From the NCBI GenBank assembly GCA_963727625.1, contig CAVSHR010000012.1:448001-512000 (forward strand): 64,000 nucleotides of DNA. Direction: 5' to 3'. The notes under the pieces were generated by a model, which was not told where the DNA came from, ran no database searches, and saw nothing but the letters and a program-made list of their open reading frames with translations. Position 1 is the stretch's first letter. Each line of letters starts with the position of its first letter. The DNA is from an uncultured delta proteobacterium (GTDB lineage: Bacteria > Desulfobacterota > Binatia > UBA9968). Positions 42,188 to 53,923 of the stretch are shown piece after piece. The position numbers were made by a program, and so were the translations under genes.

Positions 42188-44032
42188 ATGTTCGAACACA
42201 AGAGCACTGACATGCATGGAGTCGAGCAGACTACGGCCAGAGACAAAGTCGACCGGATTCGCGCATGGTGGAGACCGAGGCTCGATTCCGACACTCTCGT
42301 GAATGGGTTACCTCTGGCATGTTCCTGGTTCATTTCATCACTTGTGCTGGCTCTAATGACATTTGTGTTTTATATGACGTTTGTCCCCGGACTGCCGACT
42401 GAGGCAGGGTGGACATTGAAACACTGGGCAAGTATTGCCACGCCACGCATGCTGACGGAAGTTCTGCCGAATACGTTAATCGTTGGGTTCGGCACGATAC
42501 TTGTGGTGACATTCTTCGCCTTGCCTCTGGCGTGGCTGCTCAATCGCACCTCTTTGCCCTTCCGAAACGTCTTTATCACTTTGATGGCTTTGGTGGTGGT
42601 TATACCCGGTTTTATCAAGGCCATGGGCTGGATTCTGCTCGTCAACGACCGGATTGGCCTCGTGAATAAAGCCGTAGCCAACTTATTGGGTTTGAAAACC
42701 GTCCCTTTGACAGTTGTCAATAATCCTTTCGGTATGGCATGGGTCATGGGATTGATGCTTACCCCAACGATGTTCTTCTTGATTTCGGGTCCCATGCGTG
42801 CGTTGGATCCGTCTTTGGAAGAAGCTGCAATGGTGTGCGGGCTCAATCGGTGGCGATTGATTCGTCGAATCAGCTTTCCTCTTGTTTGGCCGGGGACGCT
42901 CGCGGGAATCATATATATTTTTATGACGTCCATCTCCACCTTTGAAGTACCTGCGCTCCTGGGTGCGGCGAGCGGAAAGGTTCCCGTGTTGGCGACGGAA
43001 CTCTTTTATGCGGTGAGGCCAAGCGGCATCGAGATGATTGAACCCGCCTATGGTGCGGCTGGGGTGTACGGCACGCTGATCGCCGTTCCAAGCGTGGTCG
43101 CTCTTTACTGGTACCTGCGGCTGTTGAGCCGAGCCAGGGCGCACGAAGTGATTACTGGCAAAGGTTATAGGCCGCAAGCGTTTGACTTAGGGCGATTTAA
43201 ATGGGTGGCGCTGACGTTTGTCGTACTTTATCTCTTCCTTGCAGCTATCTTACCGTTGCTTGTGTTAATCTGGGCGTCGTTATTGCCGATCCTCCAGATG
43301 CCCTCGGCCGCAGCCTTTTCTAAGATCAACTTCTCGAACTACAACGATCTGATTCCCGCTCTCGGTGGCGCATCGGTTGTTTGGAATACAATCTTATTGA
43401 TGGGATGGGTGTCGGTTCTGGTCCTGTTTTTTAGCGTGATGATTTCTTGGGTCGTCGTCCGCGCGCGGGTCAGATTCCACAGCTTAATTGATTTAATCGC
43501 CATGGTGCCACACGCAATTCCGGGACTGGCGTTCGCGTTCGCACTGATGATGTTGGCGCTACTTTTGTCACGTTGGTTTCCATGGCTGCCGTTTAGCGGA
43601 ACCCTGGGGATAATCGTGATCGCGGGACTAATAAACCGATTGTCGTATGGCACTCGGGCGACGAACGCGGCCTTAATCCAAATCCAGGTGGATCTGGAGG
43701 AGTGTGCTCGAGTCTGCGGGCTTCGCAATCTTTCGATTATACGGAAGATTATTATTCCCTTGGCGATGCCGACTCTTCTCTTTACCGGTTTATGGACGGC
43801 CCTTCTGACGTTTCGTGAGGTGACCATGGCATTGTTTCTTTCCGAAAGCCGCAACAGAGTGCTGTCCGTCAACATCTGGTACCTTTGGCAAAATGGGAAT
43901 CTTGGAATTGCTGCAGCCGGGTCTGTACTGATGGTGGTTGTCGCGGGAGCCCTGATGCTAATCATCCTGTCATTTAGCGGTCGCCAGTTCGGCGATCAGG
44001 GACGTGCGGGTTTAAGCGTGTCGCGAATCTAA
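42188..44032 (+). CDS. ABC permease, fused double domain (FbpB-like)
   Basis: Two EAA loops (DPSLEEAA; DLEECARVCG), FEVP, VITGKGYRP. Confidence 0.9.
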   Translation: MFEHKSTDMHGVEQTTARDKVDRIRAWWRPRLDSDTLVNGLPLACSWFISSLVLALMTFVFYMTFVPGLPTEAGWTLKHWASIATPRMLTEVLPNTLIVGFGTILVVTFFALPLAWLLNRTSLPFRNVFITLMALVVVIPGFIKAMGWILLVNDRIGLVNKAVANLLGLKTVPLTVVNNPFGMAWVMGLMLTPTMFFLISGPMRALDPSLEEAAMVCGLNRWRLIRRISFPLVWPGTLAGIIYIFMTSISTFEVPALLGAASGKVPVLATELFYAVRPSGIEMIEPAYGAAGVYGTLIAVPSVVALYWYLRLLSRARAHEVITGKGYRPQAFDLGRFKWVALTFVVLYLFLAAILPLLVLIWASLLPILQMPSAAAFSKINFSNYNDLIPALGGASVVWNTILLMGWVSVLVLFFSVMISWVVVRARVRFHSLIDLIAMVPHAIPGLAFAFALMMLALLLSRWFPWLPFSGTLGIIVIAGLINRLSYGTRATNAALIQIQVDLEECARVCGLRNLSIIRKIIIPLAMPTLLFTGLWTALLTFREVTMALFLSESRNRVLSVNIWYLWQNGNLGIAAAGSVLMVVVAGALMLIILSFSGRQFGDQGRAGLSVSRI

Positions 44033-44167
44033 TGCACCCGTTGGGAAATGTGAACAACTGTCCCCGAGCCCGTAAGTCTTTTACTGATGTGGCCATTTCG
44101 ATTAGAGCTGTCGTGGCGGCTTGCGTTCGCTAAATTCCCCTACTTAAAACTTGAATAATTTATTAAG

Positions 44168-45268
44168 ATGGTCGGGATCTATCAGCTGCGAAAAAATTTC
44201 CGGATGCGAACTGGTGAAGTCCCTGCTCTAAGAGGGGTCGACTTGGAAGTCAAAGAAGGGGAGATATTTACGATGCTCGGCCCGTCAGGGTGTGGGAAAA
44301 CCACCATCCTTCGGTGTATCGCCGGGTTGGAGAAAGCGGATACAGGAAAAATCACCATTGATGGGGAAGTCGTTTTTGACGCGGATGCTAACGTGATGGT
44401 TCCTGCGTATGGGCGGGGTGTCGGCATGGTGTTTCAGTCCTACGCAATCTGGCCGCACATGAGTGTGTTTCAGAATGTTGCTTTGCCACTCCTGGAGGGG
44501 ACATTCAGGATCCCAAAGTCGGAAGTTAAGTCTAGAGTCAGTCAAGCGCTGTCCTTGGTGATGTTGGAAGGATTGGGGGAACGACCGGCCACATTGCTCA
44601 GCGGTGGTCAGCAACAGCGCGTTGCTTTAGCGCGGGCATTAGTTTATAGGCCAAAACTTTTACTGTTGGACGAGCCTTTGAGCAACCTCGACGCGCGTTT
44701 GAGAGCTGATATGCGATTAGAATTGCGTGAGCTCGTGGAAACGCTGAACATGACGTCGGTGTACGTGACGCATGACCAAGATGAGGCCTTGGCGCTTTCC
44801 GATCGGATTGCTGTGATGGAAAAGGGTATCATACTACAAATCGGCACGCCACGGGAGATTTACACGACGCCGGCAAACGACGCAGTCGCGTGTTTTATTG
44901 GGGAATCGAACCTGTTATCGGTCACGGTACAATCTGAGCGAGAAGGAGACGGATACCGACTGGTTAACAGTGCACTTGGCCTGATGTCATGTCGGATTCC
45001 AGGATCCATAGGAGTCGGAGCGGTGGTTACTGTTATGTTTCGCCCAAATGACGTCAGGTTGGAAAGAGAAGAAGCCGGCCCTGAGACGAACATGTACCAA
45101 GGATTCGTCAAACGGACTGTTTACCTTGGTAGCCGACTACGCTGTGAAGTTGAAGTCGCGTCCACAAAGATTTTGGCCGAGGTCCCGTCGTCTCGTGACA
45201 TCAAGGAGCGCCAGGCAGTAAGCGTGCACATTCCACCGGATCAAATATGCGTTCTAGCCGGTAACTGA
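44168..45268 (+). CDS. ABC ATPase (FbpC/PotA-like) with TOBE domain
   Basis: [39 protein letters not shown]. Confidence 0.92.
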   Translation: MVGIYQLRKNFRMRTGEVPALRGVDLEVKEGEIFTMLGPSGCGKTTILRCIAGLEKADTGKITIDGEVVFDADANVMVPAYGRGVGMVFQSYAIWPHMSVFQNVALPLLEGTFRIPKSEVKSRVSQALSLVMLEGLGERPATLLSGGQQQRVALARALVYRPKLLLLDEPLSNLDARLRADMRLELRELVETLNMTSVYVTHDQDEALALSDRIAVMEKGIILQIGTPREIYTTPANDAVACFIGESNLLSVTVQSEREGDGYRLVNSALGLMSCRIPGSIGVGAVVTVMFRPNDVRLEREEAGPETNMYQGFVKRTVYLGSRLRCEVEVASTKILAEVPSSRDIKERQAVSVHIPPDQICVLAGN

Positions 45269-45429
45269 ACTTTCTCAACTCGCATCCAATAATGCGAGTT
45301 TTTCGAAGGCAAGATCTGGCAACCTGCGTAAATACGACGCTGAGAATATCAAACGCTTGTTAAGGTAAGGGCGCATGTGCAATAAAGCATAAGTCCAGAC
45401 ATTCTGTAATTCGTCACGAGGAGAACCGT

Positions 45430-45810
45430 ATGGAACCCAAATTTGTTTTTCATGAGCCACCGAGGCGTTATTCCAAAGCTTGCGTCTACGGTGAATTCAA
45501 CTTTCTCGCCGGTGAAGATTCCAAAGATCCGACGACGCAGAAGGTGCAGGGAAACACCGTTGCCGAGCAGGCAGAATATCTATTTCGCAATATGAAGACT
45601 ACTCTTGAAAGCCTTGGGAGCTCGCTCACCAGCGTCATTAAGACGACCGTCTACCTGAAAGATCCGCGAGACCGGGCGAACTATCAAGAGGCCCGCGTCA
45701 AGTACTTGCCACAGACCCCTCCTAGCACGTTGATCATGGGGGTTCAGCTTGCCGAGCCGGAGATGCTGATTGAGATTAACGCGATCGCCGTTATGCCAGG
45801 AGCGAAATAA
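45430..45810 (+). CDS. Rid (YjgF/YER057c/UK114) family protein
   Basis: YSKA, EQAEYLFRN, VIKTTVYL, PPSTL, EMLIEINAIA. Confidence 0.85.
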   Translation: MEPKFVFHEPPRRYSKACVYGEFNFLAGEDSKDPTTQKVQGNTVAEQAEYLFRNMKTTLESLGSSLTSVIKTTVYLKDPRDRANYQEARVKYLPQTPPSTLIMGVQLAEPEMLIEINAIAVMPGAK

Positions 45811-46079
45811 GCCGGCGCAGATGATAAGATTGACAACGGCGAAGGCGTGCGTCCATAAAGAAACAATGAAACTCGACTCGTCAGGTGGTACGAGCAGTTT
45901 TTGCAAAACTGCGTGCGAAAACAACAGCAAGTCAGTGGTCGCTCAAGTGGCACCAGCGGAACGACGGCGGAAATATATGGATGCGGCGGTGTGGGCCATC
46001 CGCGCGGAAGAACCGACTGTCAGCGGCGCGTCGGAGCAGCAGACTTAATCACGCCACAAGATTAAAACAAAGGGAGGGA

Positions 46080-47304
46080 ATGATGGGAATCTTGCGTGAG
46101 GTCAGACAGGCCAGTATTGGCCTTGTTACGTGGCAAGTTCTAGTGTTTTTCTTGGTATTTTTTCTCATGCCATGGTGTATCTTGGCTTGGGCGCACCGAC
46201 GCTGTTTGCGGGGGAGGCGGCCGCTGCAGCAGAGACTCCTTCTAAGGGGAAACGGGCCGTCGATGAGTTGGTTGCAAAGGCGAAACAAGAAGGAGAGCTT
46301 GTTGCCACCATACAGTCGAGCTGGAACAAGGGGTTGATTCAGCCCCTCACTGACGCATTCAGAAAGCGCTTCGGGTTGGATATTAAGGTAACAGTCTCAA
46401 ATGTCAATTCGGCCCGGCATTTCCCAGTGGCGATTGCCGAGATTAGGCGGGTGCCCCGGCAACTTACGATGTTGTGCAGGGGGACGATGCCGAGACCATG
46501 CAAATCGTAGGAGCTGGCGCGACTCATAAAGTCGAGAACTGGGTGACACTGCTCGCCGAGATCAATCCTTTGGTGCGATCTCGGCAAGCGTAGACCGGAC
46601 GAGATCAGTCACGGACCGTTTAGAGACCATTCATTCATGTTCATGGCCAACGTTAAGCAGCTTATCTACAACACGAGACTGATCTCTCAAAAAAATCTGC
46701 CAAGAACGCATAGGGACCTTGCTAATCCCAAGTACAAGGGCAAGTTTGCGCAGCCGCCGTGGACCTCTCATTGGGAAATTGCGCCCGCCGCGTTTGATAA
46801 TTTCGACAAGAAGCAGTGGCTGGAGGTGGTGCGAAAAGCCGGCAAAAACACCGGAGCAGTGCTCGGTGAGTCTTCCGCGGTGCAGCGGGTGGTCCTCGGA
46901 GAGTTCGCCTTTGCTCTAGCGCAGGATCGATACGTACGGCAGATTCTCGCCAAAGATCCGAAGGCGCCGATCTCCTCGCGGTTTTTTGACGACTACAATG
47001 AACTCAATCAAGGGTGTATTATTCCGTCCGCACCCGGGCGCGCCATCCCGCCGCAGGCACTCTATGGGCGCTGTGGATGACCACGCCTGAGTCGGAGAAG
47101 ATCTGGCAGCCGAGCGATCTGCAATCCGTACCCTATGGTGATAGCCAACTCGATCATGAGTTCAGACAGAGTATAGAGAAGTCAAAAGCGAACGTGGTAG
47201 GGTTTTTGGACAACAAGAAGACCATCGAGCTGCTGAATTGGTATCGGACGGACGAGGGACGCAAATATTTAGACGCCATGGCTCGGGCTATTAGAGCGGA
47301 ATAG
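46080..47304 (+). CDS. Second ABC substrate-binding protein (multiple frameshifts)
   Basis: Fragments match 40967..42118 (AKQEGEL, KRFGLD, NPKYKG..QPPWTSHWE, ARHPAAGTL, EGRKY). Confidence 0.75.
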
Positions 47305-47354
47305 TCGGCGTTGAAGAGCCTTATGCTGGTGCGGCGACCTGGGTACGCCGAGCC

Positions 47355-49138
47355 GTGAGTTTACTCTTTAAGCAAAGGGAGCGCACGGGCGGCATGGATG
47401 CTATTCCGCTTATATGCTCGTGGTCGATTCTTTCGGTCATCATTGCCCTCGTCGCGTTTGTTCTGTACATGACCTTCGTGCCGGGCCTGCCCACCGAGCC
47501 AGGCTTTACGTTGCGGCACTGGTCCAACGTGTTCAGTTCGCGTCTGCTCACCAGGGTTATTCCGAATACAGTCATTGTGGGTTTCGGCACCATTTTCATC
47601 GGCGCGTTTTTCGCTTTGCCGCTGGCTTCGCTGCTCAACCGGACGACTCTCCCATTTCGTACAATCTTTACGACCATAATAGGCATTGTGCCTGTCATTC
47701 CGGGCTTCATACTGGCCATGGGGTGGATCATGCTCTTGGACGAGCGGATCGGCCTGATCAACAATGTTGCCGCGAGTGCTCGACCTTCGAGCATCGCGTT
47801 GAGCGTTAAAGACAGCCCTTGGGGAATCGCATGGGTATTAGGGTCGATATTGACCCCCGCCGATCTTCTTTTTGGTCGCCGGTCCTTTGAGCCGCATCGA
47901 CCCCTCTCTAGAAGAGGCGGCGAAGCGCTACCGCATGAGACATCTCACGATCCTTCGGCGCGTGACTTTGCCCTTGGTATCGCCTGGAAATTCTCGGCGG
48001 GATCATATACACGTTTCTGACAGCGGTGTCGATCTTCGAAATTCCAGCGCTGTTAGGCGCTGCGAGTGGAAGGGTCCCGGTCCTTGCAAGCGAGATCTTT
48101 TACTCGGTCAGGCCGGGGGGGCCAATGACGGCCACATTCGCATACGGGACGGCCGGGGTTTACGGAATGTTGCTGGCTATACCGAGTCTTGTAGCGTTAT
48201 ATCTTTATCTTCGAGCTCTTCATCGGGCGGAGCGTTATCAGGTGATCACCGGAAAGGGCTACCGAGCTCGAGAAATCGATCTTGGTCGTTTCGCCTGGGT
48301 TGGAGTCGTATTTGTTGTTCTTTACTTGAGCTTGGCCGTGGGACTACCCATACTGATCCGGGTATGGGCATCGCTCATGCCAGTGTTGCAAATGCCTTCT
48401 CGGGAAGCGCTCGAAAAACTTAGTTTCGAAAACTATCATGGCCTGCTGGAAGGGTTGGCAGGAGTAGACGTCGTTTGGAATACTGTCCTGGTAGTGGTCT
48501 GCGTATCTCTGCTCGTCATTTTCTTCAGCTTCATGATTTCATGGGTCGTGGTGCGGAGCCGAGCCCGGTCACGCAAGACGGTTGATTTGCTGGCGATGTT
48601 GCCTACGCGATTCCGGGCCTAGCGTTTGCGTTCGCACTGGCGATGATTGCGGTTCTGGCCTCCCGATGGCTTCCCTGGTTGCCGCTCTACGGAACCCTTG
48701 GCATCATCGTGATCGCCCATCTCATCAACAGGGTGCCCTATGGGACGCGCGTAATGAATTCCGCTCTGGGCCAGGTGCATCGCGATTTGGAAGAGATTGC
48801 CCAAGTTTGCGGCACGAAGACGCCGACGATCATGAGAAGGGTGGTCTTGCCGCTGGTCAAACCTTCGGTAGTCTATCTGGCTGTTTGGACGGCCATGCTA
48901 AGCTTCCAGGAGGTGACGATGGCGCTTTTTCTTTCAGGGCCGCACAATACCGTACTTTCGGTAAGTATCTGGTCACTTATGGGAAGCCGGCAGCCTGGGG
49001 ACGGCTGCCGCCGCAGCCGTTGCGATGGTGTCTATCATGGGAGTGTTGATGTTCGGTGTTCTGAAGATTGCGGGGCGTGCAGCAACGGGGCTCATCAGCC
49101 GAGGTGCCGCCGTGCTGCGTTCGTCTGAAGCGCGATGA
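47355..49138 (+). CDS. Second ABC permease (multiple frameshifts)
   Basis: Fragments match 42188..44032 (YMTFVPGLPTE, FEIPALLGAASG, VITGKGYR, EVTMALFLS). The repaired stop overlaps the next ATG. Confidence 0.75.
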
Positions 49139-50224
49139 TTCGAGTCATCAACCTCCACAAGGATTTTTTCACCCGAAATGCAAGCCAAGCGGCGGTCCGG
49201 GACGTTAATTTTGAAGTCAATGAGGGCGAAATTTTCATGCTCTTGGGACCCTCCGGCTGCGGCAAAACCACGACCCTACGTTGTATTGCCGGCCTGGAGA
49301 CTCCCGACGACGGAGAAATCTGGATCGATGACAAACTAGTCTTCGCGAACCAAGGTCAAATTATCGTTCCGGTTTATAGACGCGGCGTAGGAATGGTGTT
49401 CCAATCGTATGCTATCTGGCCGCATTTGACGGTATTGAAAACGTAGCGTATCCTCTGGTTTATGGAATCAACAAGGTCTCGAAGGGGCAAGTAGAGAACT
49501 GTACGAAAAGCTCTGCCTCGGTCGGTTTAAACGAATTTGAAGATTGTTTTTAGCGCCCTTGCTCAGCGGGGGCCAGCAGCAGCGAGTCTCGTTGGCCCGG
49601 GCTCTAGTCTATGAGCCGAAAGTATTGCTGCTGGATGAGCCCCTCAGTAATCTTGATGCCAAGCTGCGCACAGAAATGCGCGTGGAACTCAGGGCTTTCG
49701 ACAAAAAGACTAAAGATCACCGCCATTTACGTAACCCATGACCAAGAGGAGGCGCTGGTATTATCAGACCGCGTTGCGGTCATGCATGCGGGACAAATCC
49801 GGCAAATCGGAACTCCACGCGAGATCTATATCAATCCGAAAAGTGACGTGGTCGCCGGGTTTATAGGTACGGCCAATCTGCTGCAGGCGAGGGTCGAACG
49901 ACTACCGTTGGATGAGAAAGACGGCACATTGACTAGGCTTTAGGAAAGCTGAAGTCATCTGCCTGCTTCACTGTCTGTCGGACAGACCGTGACTGTTATG
50001 TTTCGGCCCGAGGACGTTATCATTGGCGGCGACTCGTCACGCAGCGGCAACAATTTATTCCCCGCCACTGTAGAGGACGCGCTGTTCGTGGGTAGTCGAT
50101 TTCAATGCCAAGTATCTATTAATACGCACAGAATTCATGGGGAGGTTTCCAAAACTCGGGTGGTAGAGGTGGGCCAGACGTCATGGTTGAGATTCCGCCG
50201 CATATCATTCACCTGCTCCTGTAA
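49135..50224 (+). CDS. Second ABC ATPase (multiple frameshifts)
   Basis: [30 protein letters not shown] and TOBE spread over several frames. Confidence 0.78.
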
Positions 50225-50303
50225 CTTTACATATTTCAAGCAGGCCGAGATTGGCGCCATCCACAAATTGAGGCGTCTTGACCTACTGAATCACGTCGAT
50301 ATT

Positions 50304-50756
50304 TCAAACTGAATGATCCCGAGAAGAGCGCATGGGAAGTATCAACGTACAGCGACCAGTAAGAATTTTTTTATCGTCTTGGTTCCCTCCTTGAAGTTCA
50401 CAAATGACCCATGGATCCGCGATGTTGGGCGACTTTTCCGCGATCCGCGCACTAAAGCGCATCATATCTCCTTCAAACGTGGAGTAGGTGTGCCGAACGC
50501 TAATTTTTCTCAACCATTCGCGGACGGATCGAATCGGTCAACATCGAATCAGTAGGGCCTGCTGGTAAGCTCTCGCTTGCGATGTTAATGTCTTTAGCCC
50601 GTTATGCTCGCGGACATGGTCTCTATCATAGTGAAGGCGCTGCCAGTTCTCCGTAAACTTGCCCAGCGCACAGCGTCAAATTGTAAGTCGGCCATGTTCG
50701 CGCGCCGGGATGGAGTCGCCGACGGCAACATCGTCTAAATAAACGGATTGATTCAC
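50304..50756 (-). CDS. MaoC-like dehydratase subunit (frameshifted)
   Basis: VYLDDVAVGDSIP..., ENWQRLHYDRD..., STFEGDMMRFSARI, stitched across frames. Confidence 0.65.
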
Positions 50757-50784
50757 AAAGGATATCTCTCTATTTTATTGGCTG

Positions 50785-51891
50785 TCAGCTGCATTGGGTA
50801 CCTTGGTACCAGGGAGCTAAAAAGTATTTCTTTAGAATTTGCTCGTTGTGCTCTCCGAGCCTAGGCGCCGGGCTCAGCCGAGTTCCCGTGACGCTGGCAA
50901 TCGCTCCTTGAGGAAAAAGTATCTTGCCATACTCGGGATGATCCATCTCGCTTAAAAAACCGCGCGCAATGAGTTGCGGATCGCTGACAAGGTCGAGCGG
51001 CGTGGAGACAGGGGAAGCGGGAAAGTGTAGGCGCTGACCCTGCTCGACCAACTCCGTTTTCGTGAAGCGCTTGGCCCAGTTATCCAGCCGCTGCATGATG
51101 AAATCGCGGCGCTTATGCTGATTTTCTTCTTCGGCCAGCGATGGATCGTTCCTTAGCTCGGGGTCCTGCACCCACTCGACGAATTTCGCCCAGCGGCCTG
51201 GCCGGTGAATTTGACTGATCACCCAGTGGCCGTCTTTACACGGCATCGCACCGGAGACCGCGGTGATTGCACCTCGGCTGCCGCGCCGCTCGGTGATCGT
51301 TCCGGAGAAACTATACTCAACCATCGCTTGCTCGACGAAAGAGGCTAGGGAGTCCCGCACCGAAACAGTGGCGACTAAACCGCGGCCCGAACCTTTGCGC
51401 ACCAGCAGAGCGGCAGCAGTGGCAACGGCGGCATAGATCCCGACCGCAAGATGAGGAACGTGACCACCCAATGTCACCGGCGCGCGATCGGGATGACCGG
51501 TAAGCGACATTAGCCCCGAGCGCGCCACCGCACACAGCTCCGGCGCGTCATCGACGATCTTGGTCAGAACGAGATTTGGATTGGCTGCATGACAGAATTG
51601 TTCGTCGAAAGGCGTGTTGGCCAGCAACACGTCGGCATGGCCGAGTAGATTGTGCAAGATCTTTTTCCGGCATCTGACTCGATATCGACAGTCACACCCT
51701 TCTTACCGGAGTTTAAGAACTGATGATACGCGCTGTGCTCCAGATTTTGCTTGTCGCGTAAAAAACGGCGGGAGTCGCCTAAGCTCGTCACCTTCTGGTG
51801 GTTCGACGCGAATCACTTCGTGCCCTTCTTCGGCGAAAAGCCGGGCTGCGTAAGCTCCGGTAAGCGAAGTTAAATCGATAACACGGAGCAT
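50785..51891 (-). CDS. CaiB/BaiF family III CoA-transferase subunit (frameshifted, no catalytic Asp)
   Basis: RVIDLT..GAYAARLFA, VIRVEPPEGD, LNSGKKGV, PCKDG, APRLGEHN. Confidence 0.8.
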
Positions 51892-52437
51892 CTAGTTTCG
51901 ATCCTGGACTACACCAGACAGCTTTTTTTCTGGAAAGACAGCGAGCGTATGCCGGCGACGGAGTACGATTTGTTGCTTAAAATTCAACACCTGTTCCTCC
52001 TGGTCGATGTATATTCCCAAGCCCGCCTTACCCTGGCGCGCGACGATGTCCGTGATGGAGCTTTGCGTGGACAATGGGTCGCCAAGGTAGGCTGGCTGCA
52101 GCTATTTAGTTTCGGAGCCAGCGTTACGTACGTTGGTGTATCCGGCGGGTAAGGGGGAGTTGACGCCGCAGGTCTGTTGGGTCTGTGCTTGCTCGCTCGG
52201 TACCTTCTTTAAAACTAAATGGCACCCAGCCGACGAGGAGCGGCGGCAGTATGCGGCCGCGATAGCCGGCGCGGCGTGCGTAGTCAGTGTCCAACCACAA
52301 TGGGTTGGCATCGTCGGTGGCGTCGACGTAGCGGCGAATGTCCGATGCACTGATGACTTCGAGGGATCGCAAAGGTGTTCTGCGACCGATCCAGCCACCC
52401 AGCTCCGGCGTGACGATAGTTTCGATAGACCAGTCAT
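51892..52437 (-). CDS. MaoC/FAS1-like dehydratase N-terminal-type subunit (frameshifted)
   Basis: IRRYVDATDDANPLW..YA..AGY..ILPP, NAGSET, ITDIVARQGKAG. ATGA overlap with the upstream gene. Confidence 0.72.
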
Positions 52438-53651
52438 TGCAGGACCCCTTGTTGTTGGATCTCCTCGATCTCCGTCGCGGAACAATTCAGCCAGGCGCGC
52501 AACACATAGACGCTATGTTCGCCCAAACTCGGCGCACTCTGGGGCGCGGGAAGCTCGACGAGGGACAACGAAAACGGTAGGGTGGTCGTCAGCATGGAAC
52601 CGCTCCGCCGCTCGGCCATCTTCGAGAAGACCGTCGGAGCGTCCGGGGAATCGATAACGTCATTGATGCGTCGCACGCGTTCGGCAGCGATGCCCACCGC
52701 TCTCAAGCGCTCTTCCACTTCTTTGCTGGAGTATTGTTTGCTCCAGTTGGAAATCGCTCGGTCGATCTCATCATGATGCTGCATGCGGCCGGCCACGGTT
52801 GCAAAGCGCGGTTCTGCGCCCCACTGTTCCCGCCCGATCAGTTTCGCCAGGGTTTGCCATTGGGTTTCGGTTGAGGTACATACGGCGCACCAGTTGTCGG
52901 TGCCGGCGCAAGGATAAACGCCTTGCGGAGCAAAGTGGTCCGAGCGGTTGCCCGCTCGGATCGGCTCCTTGCCGAGAATTACGCTGCTCAGTAACAAAGA
53001 GCCGATCATCGAAGCGCTGCATTCGAACTGGCTCAAATCGATCAGGCTTCCCTGACCGGTGGTGATGCGCTTATCTATCGCCTGCAGAATGGCGAAACAT
53101 GCATGCAGACCGCCGATGTAATCATTCCATGAGTTGGAGATCGCAGTCGGCGGATCACTTTCGGCTCCAGAGACCATCATCAAGCCGCTGTAGCCTTGCA
53201 AGTTCATGTTCATGCTGGTCCAATCACGGCGCGGGCCGTTATGGCCGTAGCCGGACATGCTGACGTAAATGATCTTCGGATTGGTCGCTTCTATTTGCTC
53301 ATAACCGAGTTTAAGCCGGTCCATTACCCCGGCACTGAAGTTTTCGATCACCACATCGGCGATTGCCGCCAAACGCGCGGCAACCCGTTGGCCGGTTTCC
53401 TTCTTCAAGTCGATGGCGATAGAGCGCTTGTTCCGATTCGTATTCAAATAGGAGGCGTGGCGATGGTCTTCGCTCACAAACGACGACTGCCACGGATGGT
53501 CTGGATGTTTGCTGCTCTCGACGCGGACAACATCGGCGCCCAGATCAGCCAGCAGTCGAGTGCAGAAAGGACCGGCGAGTACGTGCGTAAAATCCAAGAT
53601 TCGAATTCCCGCTAGTGGTGCGGAAAAGGTTGCTTCGGCGTCGGTGGACAT
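52434..53651 (-). CDS. CaiB/BaiF family III CoA-transferase
   Basis: PLAGIRILDFTHVLAGP, NRNKRS, ENFSAG, SGYGHNGP, WNDYIGG (catalytic Asp), APSLGEH. Confidence 0.92.
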   Translation of the reverse strand: MSTDAEATFSAPLAGIRILDFTHVLAGPFCTRLLADLGADVVRVESSKHPDHPWQSSFVSEDHRHASYLNTNRNKRSIAIDLKKETGQRVAARLAAIADVVIENFSAGVMDRLKLGYEQIEATNPKIIYVSMSGYGHNGPRRDWTSMNMNLQGYSGLMMVSGAESDPPTAISNSWNDYIGGLHACFAILQAIDKRITTGQGSLIDLSQFECSASMIGSLLLSSVILGKEPIRAGNRSDHFAPQGVYPCAGTDNWCAVCTSTETQWQTLAKLIGREQWGAEPRFATVAGRMQHHDEIDRAISNWSKQYSSKEVEERLRAVGIAAERVRRINDVIDSPDAPTVFSKMAERRSGSMLTTTLPFSLSLVELPAPQSAPSLGEHSVYVLRAWLNCSATEIEEIQQQGVLQ

Positions 53652-53923
53652 GGGGGTAACGAACCTTTAACTCCTTCTGTGCTTGTAGGAGCAAATTGCG
53701 GCTGGCCGCGTGCCACGGAACATCATCTCTGGATTCGCCTGTAAAAACTTGATGAGGGGGGTTCAAGCCTCTTATCTTATGCGCTGTCATGGCTTTTTGA
53801 CTTCAGCAATAGCCACGAGACCATCACAAGTAGAATCCTGAAATCGAAGTCTATGTCGTAAATAAGTTATTTGGTTTGCGTAGTCAAATATATTATTTTG
53901 ATGGCGACGATAGATAGGGGTCA

